Shown here: one piece after another, positions 27,579 through 35,378 of the stretch
Layout of the letters: each line of letters opens with the position of its first letter
How positions within the stretch are numbered: the stretch's first letter is position 1
Assembly (NCBI GenBank): GCA_043813805.1
Contig: JBDRKR010000010.1
Span: 16,696 to 80,695, forward strand
Source of the DNA: Candidatus Nealsonbacteria bacterium
GTDB taxonomy: Bacteria > Patescibacteriota > Minisyncoccia > Minisyncoccales > MHMH01
Direction of reading: 5' to 3'
Length of the DNA stretch: 64,000 nt
Notes under the pieces: generated by a model
What the model saw: only the letters and a program-made list of their open reading frames with translations
Told to the model about the DNA's origin: nothing
Database searches by the model: none
Position numbers and translations under genes: made by a program

Positions 27579-27896
27579 ATGCTGGAATTTAACGATGAAA
27601 ATTTTGAAGAGGAAGTTTTAAAATCAGAAAAACTCGTTTTGGTTGATCTTTGGCGACCGGGATGCGGGGCCTGTTTGATAATGGCTCCTGTTATTGAGGA
27701 ATTAGCCAAAGAGTTCGAGGGCAGGGTAAAAGTCGGAAAACTAAACGTGTTTGAAAATCCCGAAACCGCCCGATCCTATAAAATTCCGGCCGTACCTACG
27801 TTTATTATCTTTAAGGGCGGAAAACCGATAGAAAAAGCGGTCGGATTGCGGTTAAAGCAGGTGTTGTCCGATAAGCTTAACTCGCTGATAAATTAA
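27579..27896 (+). CDS. Thioredoxin family protein with atypical GCGAC active site
   Basis: DLWRPGCGACLIMAP aligns to the canonical DFWAEWCGPCKMIAP. Confidence 0.75.
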   Translation: MLEFNDENFEEEVLKSEKLVLVDLWRPGCGACLIMAPVIEELAKEFEGRVKVGKLNVFENPETARSYKIPAVPTFIIFKGGKPIEKAVGLRLKQVLSDKLNSLIN

Positions 27897-27954
27897 GCGA
27901 GGCCGAACTTCAATTAATATCGCTGAACGGGCGATATTTTGGTAGAATAAAAGC

Positions 27955-28173
27955 ATGAAGATTTTTGTTAAGGTAAAACCAGCGGCGAAAGAGGATAAGG
28001 TGGAAAAGATTAACGAGACCACTTTTTATATTGAAGTGAAAGAGCCGCCCGTAAAAGGCAGAGCGAATGCGGCCGTAATCAGGACACTCGCCGATTATTT
28101 TGGCATTGCCCAAGCGGATGTGAAAATTATTTCGGGTTATACTTCAAGATTAAAAACCATTGAAATCAAATGA
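27955..28173 (+). CDS. DUF167 (YggU-like) family protein
   Basis: KVKPAAKEDKV...VKEPPVKGRANAAVIRTLADYFGIAQADVKIISGYTSRLK. Confidence 0.7.
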   Translation: MKIFVKVKPAAKEDKVEKINETTFYIEVKEPPVKGRANAAVIRTLADYFGIAQADVKIISGYTSRLKTIEIK

Positions 28174-28215
28174 AGATGGGGGATTCGGTTAAATTAATGG
28201 AAGCCGAGCCTTATT

Positions 28216-28390
28216 GACAAAAATATAAAGATTTGCTATATTTTAAAACTTAGAAGAGTATATCTTCTATTTTTGTTCTTTCATAGATATGGGAAAAGAG
28301 AATTTAAGGGAGGTGATATTGATGTAGATAGGTAACAAAGAAAAACCGGTTGACTTTTGGGAGAGTCCGAAAAAACAAAAGGAGTAAAAA
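28216..28390 (+). promoter_or_regulatory. Promoter (TTGACA-N17-TATATT) followed by an unusually long leader of about 145 nt, containing a hairpin-plus-T-run attenuator-like structure and a start-stop micro-ORF (AAGGGAGG-N6-ATG-TAG)
   Basis: agaaga-gtata-tcttct atttttg at 28249-28275. aagggaggtgatattgATGTAG at 28307-28328. A second SD, AAAAGGAG, precedes the GTG at 28391. Confidence 0.45.
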
Positions 28391-29260
28391 GTGAGGAAAC
28401 TAATATCTTTTGCCACAACCCTGCTGATGGTAACCTGTTTACTGATTTCGTTCGCATTGCCCGTTCAAGCCGCCAAGCCGGCGGGGAACCTGGCCGGCGC
28501 CCAGACGGTAGCCTGGAATCTTTCCGCTGCCGTGATGCCTGTGCCGCCTTACGGATCGCGGGATATCCCGGGCTCTGACACGGCGTCAAAACTGATTGTC
28601 AACCAGCCAAACGGCAACAATATTGTCACTATGACCGGCGTTATGAACGGCCTGCATCCCAACACGGTTTACACGGTTTATTTATCAAAGGGATACACGC
28701 CCTATATGGACACCGGCTGGAGTGTCGTCGGAACGTGGATACTCCGTTTTAACCTGGGCGGCAATTATGATCACGATATAATCATCGACGTTCAATCCGG
28801 TGGGACCTTCTCGGGCACCGGCGGCTACCCGGCAAGCGGCCCGCCCTACAGCATCACTGAAACCGTTACCGGGAACATCAACGTTATGACCGGGGCTATA
28901 GCCATGCATTCGGTCTATAACAACGGTTATTGGTATGATGCGGTGGGAACGATAGCGCCCAACGGTACCATGAGCGGTACTTGGGGCAACGCGGGCCAGG
29001 GATACGGTCACGCCTGGTATTCAACATCGGGTAATGCCGTCAAAACACATACTGGCAGCACCGGGTGGCCAGGATTGTTCACCGGTACCGTACAGCCGTT
29101 TACGTTTATGACTGACGCAACTGGAGCCGGGAGCTGGCACGTCAACCTAACCGACGCCGATTTGCCAATCGGAGGACCGCTATACAATCTTTCGGTCTGG
29201 ATTAACGAAGCCGGTCTCACTATGCTCATCAGTGGCACCTTCCAGATTACCGTCGGGTAA
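28391..29260 (+). CDS. Secreted beta-rich protein (signal peptide ending VQA-AKP); Gly/Thr/Asn-rich; visibly the highest-GC gene in the window
   Basis: Signal peptide MRKLISFATTLLMVTCLLISFALPVQA. Codon third positions read as GC-rich. GTG start with RBS. Confidence 0.6.
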   Translation: MRKLISFATTLLMVTCLLISFALPVQAAKPAGNLAGAQTVAWNLSAAVMPVPPYGSRDIPGSDTASKLIVNQPNGNNIVTMTGVMNGLHPNTVYTVYLSKGYTPYMDTGWSVVGTWILRFNLGGNYDHDIIIDVQSGGTFSGTGGYPASGPPYSITETVTGNINVMTGAIAMHSVYNNGYWYDAVGTIAPNGTMSGTWGNAGQGYGHAWYSTSGNAVKTHTGSTGWPGLFTGTVQPFTFMTDATGAGSWHVNLTDADLPIGGPLYNLSVWINEAGLTMLISGTFQITVG

Positions 29261-29354
29261 TCGACATCTCTTTTTTGAAAAAAGGGGACTGTAGTAAAAC
29301 TGCAGTCCTCTTTTATTTTTGCCGCCTTTTGCGCGTTTTTTTTGATTCTTTCGC

Positions 29355-29389
29355 TTGCGAGCTTCGGACAGACGCAGTAGAATTAAATA
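29355..29389 (+). promoter_or_regulatory. Second copy of the leaderless promoter TTGCGA-N17-TAGAAT-N6-ATG
   Basis: tcgcttgcgagct...gtagaattaaataATG; compare 14003-14047. Confidence 0.5.
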
Positions 29390-29512
29390 ATGAAAATAAA
29401 AATGAAGATAGGGGATTTGATTAAAATAAAAATGAAGTGGTGGCAGGCATTTTTGTTTTTTCTTTTAATCAGCAGTGTTATAATGTTGTTGGAGATTTTA
29501 TTAATAAAATAA
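29390..29512 (+). CDS. Candidate 40-aa hydrophobic micro-protein (MKIKMKIGDLIKIKMKWWQAFLFFLLISSVIMLLEILLIK), below the ORF-track length cutoff
   Basis: Begins exactly 6 nt after the TAGAAT -10. Contains an internal direct repeat AAAATAAAAATGAAG twice. Alternatively this is only the promoter region of the FKBP gene. Confidence 0.25.
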   Translation: MKIKMKIGDLIKIKMKWWQAFLFFLLISSVIMLLEILLIK

Positions 29513-29522
29513 CAAATCATAC

Positions 29523-30122
29523 ATGAAAAACATCATTCTTATTGCCGTTTTAATTTTAATCGCCGTTGCTTCGGTTTACTACTTCGGTTTTTACCAAAAG
29601 AAAACCATCGGAGAACCAGCGGGAGGGGAAAACCAAAATCAAAATACGGGCCTGGCCAATCCGGCCTCAGTTAACTGCGAGAATCAGGGCGGAGCGGGCG
29701 AAACCAGGATGTTTGCCGGCGGGCAAAGAGGGTTTTGTTTATTTCCCGACGGTTCACGGTGCGATGAATGGGATTTATACCAGGGTTACTGTGCCAAGGG
29801 CCTGCTGAAAATAGAGGTTTTAAAACGAGGATCCGGAGTTTTGGCGGAGGAGGGCAATACGGTGAGCGTTCATTATACCGGTACCTTATCAGACGGCACG
29901 AAATTCGATTCGAGCATAGACCGGGGCCAGCCTTTTTCTTTTACCTTAGGCGAGGGACGGGTGATCGCGGGCTGGGAACAGGGGGTTTTGGGGATGCAGG
30001 CGGGTGAAAAAGTAAAACTGACGATTGCCCCTGAACTTGGTTACGGGCCATCGGGAGCCGGCGGGATTATTCCGCCCAACGCCACGCTGATTTTCGAAGT
30101 GGAACTTTTGGAGATTAATTAA
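29523..30122 (+). CDS. FKBP-type peptidyl-prolyl cis-trans isomerase, membrane-anchored, with a DUF333-like Cys-containing N-terminal module
   Basis: The C-terminal FKBP core has GDTVTV.Y.G.L.DG..FDSS, G.VI.GW..G and ATL.F.V.L motifs. Confidence 0.8.
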   Translation: MKNIILIAVLILIAVASVYYFGFYQKKTIGEPAGGENQNQNTGLANPASVNCENQGGAGETRMFAGGQRGFCLFPDGSRCDEWDLYQGYCAKGLLKIEVLKRGSGVLAEEGNTVSVHYTGTLSDGTKFDSSIDRGQPFSFTLGEGRVIAGWEQGVLGMQAGEKVKLTIAPELGYGPSGAGGIIPPNATLIFEVELLEIN

Positions 30123-30129
30123 GAAATTC

Positions 30130-30975
30130 ATGGCGGTTTTATTCGTTACTAACGCAGCCGGAGAAAAAGAACCGTTTTCTTACAGAAAAATATACCGCTC
30201 GGCCAAAAGAGCGGGCGCTTCGGGGAAGCTTGCTAAAAGAATCGCCGACATTGTCGGCAGAGAAGCTTATCCCGGCATCAAAACCTCTGAACTTTTCAAA
30301 AGGATAAAGGAATTGCTTCATCAGGAGATTCCTCAAGCCGCTTTAAGGTTTAATATCAAGGATGCCATGAGGAAACTGGGGCCCACGGGTTTTCCTTTTG
30401 AGAAATATATAGCCGAAATTCTGAAAAGCCTGGGATATCAGGTCAAAATCAACCAGTTTTTGCCGGGGCATTGCATTTCAAGCTATGAGATAGACTTTGT
30501 GGCCGAAAAAGGAAAAACCATTTATGTGGGGGAGTGCAAATATAAACAGGCTTTTGGGGAAAGGGTTCATTATATATATGCTCTGGCGAATTACGCCCGA
30601 TTTCTGGATATTCTCAACGGCCGATATTTTAAATCAAATAAATACCGGGGTTATGAGATTAAAACGATGATGGCGACGAATACCAAGTTTACCTCAACGA
30701 CCCTGGATTATGCCCGTTGCGTCGGGATCGATCTTCTGGGCTGGAATTACCCCAAAGGCAGGGGGCTGGAATATTTAATAGACAGGGAGGGGCTTTATCC
30801 CATTACTATTCTGCCCTCATTGAAAGGATATCTTAAAGATATTTTTATCCGGGAAAAAATCATGCTGGTGAAAGACGTTCTTAAAATCGACCCCCAGAAA
30901 TTTGCGAGGAACTTCAGAATACCGGTAAGCCAGATCAAACTTTTGGTGGAGCAGGCGAAAACTTTATTAAAATAA
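30130..30975 (+). CDS. ATP-cone domain fused to an Mrr-like PD-(D/E)xK restriction-endonuclease domain
   Basis: The N-terminal roughly 90 aa have an ATP-cone-like pattern (FVTNAAGEKEPFSYRKIYRSAKRAG..., IKTSELFKRIKELL). The central part has YEIDFVAEKGKTIYVGECKYK, giving D, E and K of a PD-(D/E)xK core. Confidence 0.5.
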   Translation: MAVLFVTNAAGEKEPFSYRKIYRSAKRAGASGKLAKRIADIVGREAYPGIKTSELFKRIKELLHQEIPQAALRFNIKDAMRKLGPTGFPFEKYIAEILKSLGYQVKINQFLPGHCISSYEIDFVAEKGKTIYVGECKYKQAFGERVHYIYALANYARFLDILNGRYFKSNKYRGYEIKTMMATNTKFTSTTLDYARCVGIDLLGWNYPKGRGLEYLIDREGLYPITILPSLKGYLKDIFIREKIMLVKDVLKIDPQKFARNFRIPVSQIKLLVEQAKTLLK

Positions 30976-31010
30976 TGAGTATGATAAAATAAGATTACAA
31001 AATATTATAT

Positions 31011-31628
31011 ATGGATTTTCACAATACTTTTTTATATCATTTCGTCGTAGCCTTAATGTCGCTTTTGCTGGGATTTGTTTTTTATTTGGCGGGGATAGAG
31101 TTGGGCAGAGCTATCGCAGGGGTTGCTTTTACTCTTCTTTTTTTAACGCTTATTATCGGTCCTGTAATGAGGCTTTGGCGGCCGGTTCTCGAGGTCTTGC
31201 CCTGGCAATTGCCTTGGAGTTGGCGAGGGGAGCTCGGTATTTGGTTTACGATTGTCTCGATTATCCACGTGCTTTATGTTTTTTCCGGCAGGCAGTGGGA
31301 TGTCATCGGTTATCTGACTGGAATGAGACTCGCGGATTTGGTCGCATTCGTTGCCATCTTTTTGGCGCTGATTTTAACAGTTACCTCTATCGGCGGAGTC
31401 ATCAAATTCTTGGGAGTCGCATCTTGGAGGTGGCTTCATAGCTTCACTTACGTTGTTTTTTATCTCGTTGGCGCCCATGTTATCAATCATGCTTTTTTGA
31501 GGTCGGACCGGCCGGAGGATTGGCTTCATTGGCTGTATTTGGTCATGATATTGATTGTGATTATTTTGCAATTCAGCGCTTTTGTGAAAACCGTCGCTCA
31601 ATACCGCAAGGACGCAAAGTCTTTGTAA
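31011..31628 (+). CDS. Polytopic membrane protein (ferric-reductase-like/YedZ-like transmembrane domain?)
   Basis: Six predicted helices with conserved His residues in helices (IIHVLYVF, VGAHVINHAF). Confidence 0.4.
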   Translation: MDFHNTFLYHFVVALMSLLLGFVFYLAGIELGRAIAGVAFTLLFLTLIIGPVMRLWRPVLEVLPWQLPWSWRGELGIWFTIVSIIHVLYVFSGRQWDVIGYLTGMRLADLVAFVAIFLALILTVTSIGGVIKFLGVASWRWLHSFTYVVFYLVGAHVINHAFLRSDRPEDWLHWLYLVMILIVIILQFSAFVKTVAQYRKDAKSL

Positions 31629-31682
31629 TCAAAAACGGCCCCGCTTAACGGGGCCGTTTTTGTGTTTTGAGCGAAAAAGATA

Positions 31683-31997
31683 TTATTTCCTCAAAATTTT
31701 CGGTACGGGCAAGCCGAGTTTCCCGAGATTATCCAATATTGAGCCGGCTAAAGCAAGAAGAATCAGCCAATAAGCCAGAGTCACCATTATGGACAGAGAG
31801 GGCAGAGCTGAACCTACCGCCGAAATGACAGCAAAACCGAAGACATAAACCAAAACACCCCTCTTCATAAAGCCGGCCACCTTTCCCAAGACAAATGTTT
31901 TCTTTATGAGGGCCACGATGATGCCCAAAACAACGTCAACTCCTATTAGAGTGACAATCATTTGAACTTGACTGGTAGCTAAAATTTCTATAAACAT
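31683..31997 (-). CDS. Small membrane protein (holin-like?)
   Basis: Two to three TM helices in 104 aa with a basic C-terminus. Confidence 0.4.
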   Translation of the reverse strand: MFIEILATSQVQMIVTLIGVDVVLGIIVALIKKTFVLGKVAGFMKRGVLVYVFGFAVISAVGSALPSLSIMVTLAYWLILLALAGSILDNLGKLGLPVPKILRK

Positions 31998-32120
31998 GTT
32001 TTTCTTTCTTATTTAAAAATCGTTTCGACCTTTAAATTACTCCATTATAAACCCAAACAGCTCTGTCAACAACCCGCAACTAAACCGTGGTATAATAAAT
32101 CAATATAATAATCCGATTAA

Positions 32121-32165
32121 GCGATTTACGAAATCCCATCATAATATGTTGGATTTCGTAAATCC
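32121..32165. repeat. GGATTTACGAAATCC double-hairpin element (copy A, inverted relative to copy B at 43474)
   Basis: gcgatttacgaaatcc-catcataatatgtt-ggatttcgtaaatcc. Confidence 0.7.
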
Positions 32166-32206
32166 ACACATTAAAGGTCGGGAGATTTAAATCTTTATCA
32201 GTACAT

Positions 32207-32410
32207 ATGAAAATTATAGGTTTAATAGCAGTCATCTTAGTTGTCATCGGAGGGTTGAATTGGGGGCTTATCGGTTTTTTTAAATATGACTTGGTGGCGA
32301 CGATTTTCGGCGATATGACCACGACAACGCGCGTCATCTACGCTTTAATCGGACTCGCCGCGCTTTCCAAGCTGTGTATGTGCAAGAGGCACTGCTGTAA
32401 GGCAGAGTAA
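32207..32410 (+). CDS. DUF378 family small membrane protein
   Basis: GGLNWGLIGFF motif in a 67 aa two-TM protein. Confidence 0.65.
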   Translation: MKIIGLIAVILVVIGGLNWGLIGFFKYDLVATIFGDMTTTTRVIYALIGLAALSKLCMCKRHCCKAE

Positions 32411-32487
32411 GCTTTAGAATGTTTAGCAAACGAAATGACTCCGCTTGGCGGGGTCATTTTCGTTGACAGAGTAACTCCGAGTGTTAT

Positions 32488-32520
32488 AGTCAAAAATACA
32501 GTTGATCTTTGAACAAATTA
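32488..32520 (+). promoter_or_regulatory. Promoter TTGACA-N17-TATAGT for the rSAM operon
   Basis: cgttgacagagtaactccgagtgttatagtc, followed by AAGGAGG and the ATG at 32536. It is preceded by a terminator hairpin at 32436-32462. Confidence 0.65.
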
Positions 32521-32535
32521 TAATAAGGAGGCAGA

Positions 32536-33552
32536 ATGCGAAGAAAACACCAGTTGCGCGTAGCGGTGCTTGAGACGACTAATCGCTGCAATCTTAATTG
32601 TTTGATTTGCGGGTCCGGTTCCGGGAATAAATTGAATCCAAAAGAACTTGATGGGCTCGAATGGTGCGGGGTAATCGGCGAGCTGGCTGATATGGGCGTA
32701 AGGAAAATCTTTTTCAGCGGCGGAGAGCCGACCTTGAAGCCGGGCGTTGAGGAGATGATCAATCTCGTTGCCGATCTGGATATAAACTGGGGCATGGTTT
32801 CGAACGGCCTTTATGTCCCAGAAAATCTGCTTGATCTTTTTGAAATGCGCAAACCCGTGGCTATAGGGTTGAGCGTCGACGGATTGCAGGAGACGCACAA
32901 TATGTTGCGTAAGAATCCCAACAGTTTCCGGATGGTTCTGAGGTATCTCAAAGAATTTCAGAAAAGGGAAATTCCCTGCAGCGTTATAACCACCATCCAT
33001 AAGAGGAATTGGCGCGAATTGTTCAACATTGCCGGATTCGTTCTGGAAAACAAAATCTACGGCTGGCAGATTCAACTGGCTATGCCGTTTGGCCGCATGA
33101 AGGAGAGTCCCGATCTTTTATTGTCGCAAGAAGAATTCTTGCAAGCCTGTTTGATGGTGGAGAAAATCAGAAAGATAATGCCCGAAGTGAATATTGCGGC
33201 CGCCGATTGCTTTGCCTGGGCGCCTTCCGGAAAAATCAGAAACGGCCAATGGCAGGGCTGCAGTGCGGGCTTGGAGTCGGTAGGCATAGATGCTTTAGGT
33301 AATGTCAGAGGTTGCCTTTCCATGACCGAATGCGTGCCCGAGGGAAACGTCAGAGAGAGGAGCTTTTCTCAAATCTGGCAGGATGAGAGCTTATTTTCTT
33401 ACAACCGCAAGTTCAATCCACAGAACACTTCGCCCGTCTGCCAAGGGTGTCCTAAAATAATGAGGTGCCGGGGCGGGTGCAATAGTCAGTCGTTTTCCAT
33501 GACCGGCAAGTTCCAGCAAGGAGCTTACTGTTGGTACAAATCAAGAAAATAG
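32536..33552 (+). CDS. Radical SAM enzyme with C-terminal SPASM domain (peptide-modifying maturase class; no N-terminal RRE)
   Basis: CNLNCLIC (CxxxCxxC) at residues 18-25. Gly-rich SAM motif FFSGGEPTL. The C-terminus has seven Cys in SPASM spacing (C..GC...C...CQGCP...CRGGC). Confidence 0.85.
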   Translation: MRRKHQLRVAVLETTNRCNLNCLICGSGSGNKLNPKELDGLEWCGVIGELADMGVRKIFFSGGEPTLKPGVEEMINLVADLDINWGMVSNGLYVPENLLDLFEMRKPVAIGLSVDGLQETHNMLRKNPNSFRMVLRYLKEFQKREIPCSVITTIHKRNWRELFNIAGFVLENKIYGWQIQLAMPFGRMKESPDLLLSQEEFLQACLMVEKIRKIMPEVNIAAADCFAWAPSGKIRNGQWQGCSAGLESVGIDALGNVRGCLSMTECVPEGNVRERSFSQIWQDESLFSYNRKFNPQNTSPVCQGCPKIMRCRGGCNSQSFSMTGKFQQGAYCWYKSRK

Positions 33553-33566
33553 AGGAGGTGAAAAAG

Positions 33567-34031
33567 GTGAGTAGAGATACGGTTTTCAAGTATGGGCCGT
33601 CCGAACCGAGTTGGACGCCGCCGCCGAGCCGGCTGATGATAATCAAATATGGCCCGCCGGAACCGCGACCGCCGATATTTGATAAATACGCTCCAATCGA
33701 ACCGTGCAAGCCCGGAGTTAAGCCGAAAGAGAAGGAAGACAAGAGAGAAAAAGAAATCCAGTTTATTTCAAATCAAATCACCGAGTGCCTGAAGAAAATC
33801 GAGAAGCTTCTGGAGAAAATTGAGCTTTTGGCGGTGCGTAGGCAAAATATCGATGAGGTGAATATCGAACTCGGCTCTTGCATTGCCGAACTGGCATTGT
33901 TGCACGCGAAATTGTCCGACCTGCAGAAACCGGTCGAGAACGTGGTGATGGAGATGCCGCGCGGGAAAACCGACAGGGGTTTCATCGCCTATATCGTCAC
34001 TGCGCCAGCCCGACCGACAAAGAAAGAATAA
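33567..34031 (+). CDS. Repeat-containing protein encoded directly downstream of, and coupled to, the rSAM/SPASM gene; candidate substrate
   Basis: GAGGAGG lies 8 nt before the GTG at 33567. Three tandem peptide repeats occur: FKYGPSEPSW, IKYGPPEPRP and DKYAPIEPCK. Their DNA differs at synonymous positions. The C-terminal half is predicted helical and a terminator follows at 34040-34075. Confidence 0.5.
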   Translation: MSRDTVFKYGPSEPSWTPPPSRLMIIKYGPPEPRPPIFDKYAPIEPCKPGVKPKEKEDKREKEIQFISNQITECLKKIEKLLEKIELLAVRRQNIDEVNIELGSCIAELALLHAKLSDLQKPVENVVMEMPRGKTDRGFIAYIVTAPARPTKKE

Positions 34032-34152
34032 ACAGAACAAAAAAGGCGTTCTTACTAAAAGGACGCCTTTTTCGTTGAAGCAGTTGACAAAAAGTAGTAT
34101 GTTTGCTATGATAGTCACATAAGATATCTCACCTTAGCCGCGAACAGATTTA

Positions 34153-35373
34153 ATGTCGCCGGTAACGTGCGACATTTTATTTTATCATATGACAATAAGA
34201 CATTTCGACAGGCAGTCCTTCCGCAAGAATTCAAGCTTCGGCGTTCCCAAAAGACGGCCGGGTTTTGCGCAGCAAATCAGCGTTGACCGGTTTATCAATA
34301 AAAACGTTGTCGCTCAAAAAGCGGAGGTTTTTACGCCGGTTCACCAGTTTGAAGATTTCAAGATTGATCAGCGCTTAAAGGCCAATATTTTGGCCAAGGG
34401 ATATAAGGCGCCGACTCCCATTCAAGATAAAATCATTGAGCATGTTTTACAGGGCTTGGATGTGGTGGGCATTGCCAATACCGGCATGGGTAAAACCGGC
34501 GCCTTTCTTATTCCCTTAATCCAGAAAGCCTTATCGAGCCCTCAGGAAAAAGTTCTGATTGTGGTGCCGACCCGCGAGCTGGCCACGCAAATCAATCAGG
34601 AGTTTAAGAGTTTCTCCCGCGGCATTAATATTTATTCCGTTTGCTGTGTCGGCGGAGCTTCCATCGGCCGCCAGATTACCGAATTAAAAAATTACCGCAA
34701 TAATTTCATTATCGGAACTCCCGGAAGGCTGAAAGACCTGATTCAGCGAAGGGTCATTAATCTTACTCAATTTTCTACGATTGTTTTAGACGAAGCCGAC
34801 CGTATGCTGGATATGGGGTTTGTGGCCGATATGAGATATATCATGGGGCTGATGCCTTCAAAGCGCCACGCTCTTTGTTTTTCAGCCACGATGCCCAAAG
34901 AAATTGCGCTCTTGGTTAATGAATTTCTTAAAAAGCCCGTGACAATCTTTGCTAAAACAGGCGACACTCCCGAAAACATTTATCAGGATATAGTGAGAGT
35001 TTCAGGCGGCGCAAAAATAGGGACGCTTTGCAATCTTCTGGCGAAAGACGAATTTCGCAAAGTGCTTATTTTTGGCCGAACCAAGCACGGCGTGGAACGA
35101 TTGTCCAAGAACCTGACGGATTACGGTTTTAAAGCCGATTCAATCCACGGCGACAAAAATTACGCCAGCCGTATTAAGGCTTTAGAGTCGTTTAAGGCAG
35201 ACTATATCACCGTTTTGGTGGCGACGGATGTGGCAGCCCGGGGCCTTGATATTCCTGACGTGAGCCATGTCATCAATTACGATGTGCCGGCGACTTACGA
35301 AGATTATATTCACCGTATCGGCCGCACGGGCCGTATCAATAAAAGAGGCGTAGCTTTAACGTTTGTTGAGTAA
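34153..35373 (+). CDS. DEAD-box ATP-dependent RNA helicase
   Basis: Q-motif PTPIQ, GTGKT, DEAD (LDEADRMLDMGF), SAT and HRIGRTGR motifs. Promoter TTGACA-N17-TATGAT at 34085-34113. Confidence 0.85.
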   Translation: MSPVTCDILFYHMTIRHFDRQSFRKNSSFGVPKRRPGFAQQISVDRFINKNVVAQKAEVFTPVHQFEDFKIDQRLKANILAKGYKAPTPIQDKIIEHVLQGLDVVGIANTGMGKTGAFLIPLIQKALSSPQEKVLIVVPTRELATQINQEFKSFSRGINIYSVCCVGGASIGRQITELKNYRNNFIIGTPGRLKDLIQRRVINLTQFSTIVLDEADRMLDMGFVADMRYIMGLMPSKRHALCFSATMPKEIALLVNEFLKKPVTIFAKTGDTPENIYQDIVRVSGGAKIGTLCNLLAKDEFRKVLIFGRTKHGVERLSKNLTDYGFKADSIHGDKNYASRIKALESFKADYITVLVATDVAARGLDIPDVSHVINYDVPATYEDYIHRIGRTGRINKRGVALTFVE

Positions 35374-35378
35374 ACAAT

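Noticed and set aside
33452-33742. Minus-strand ORF with GPYL repeats opposite the KYGPxEP repeat gene
   Set aside because: It is a mirror image of the + strand repeats. It overlaps the rSAM 3' end and has no RBS. The + frame has an SD, a GTG start and a structured C-terminal half.
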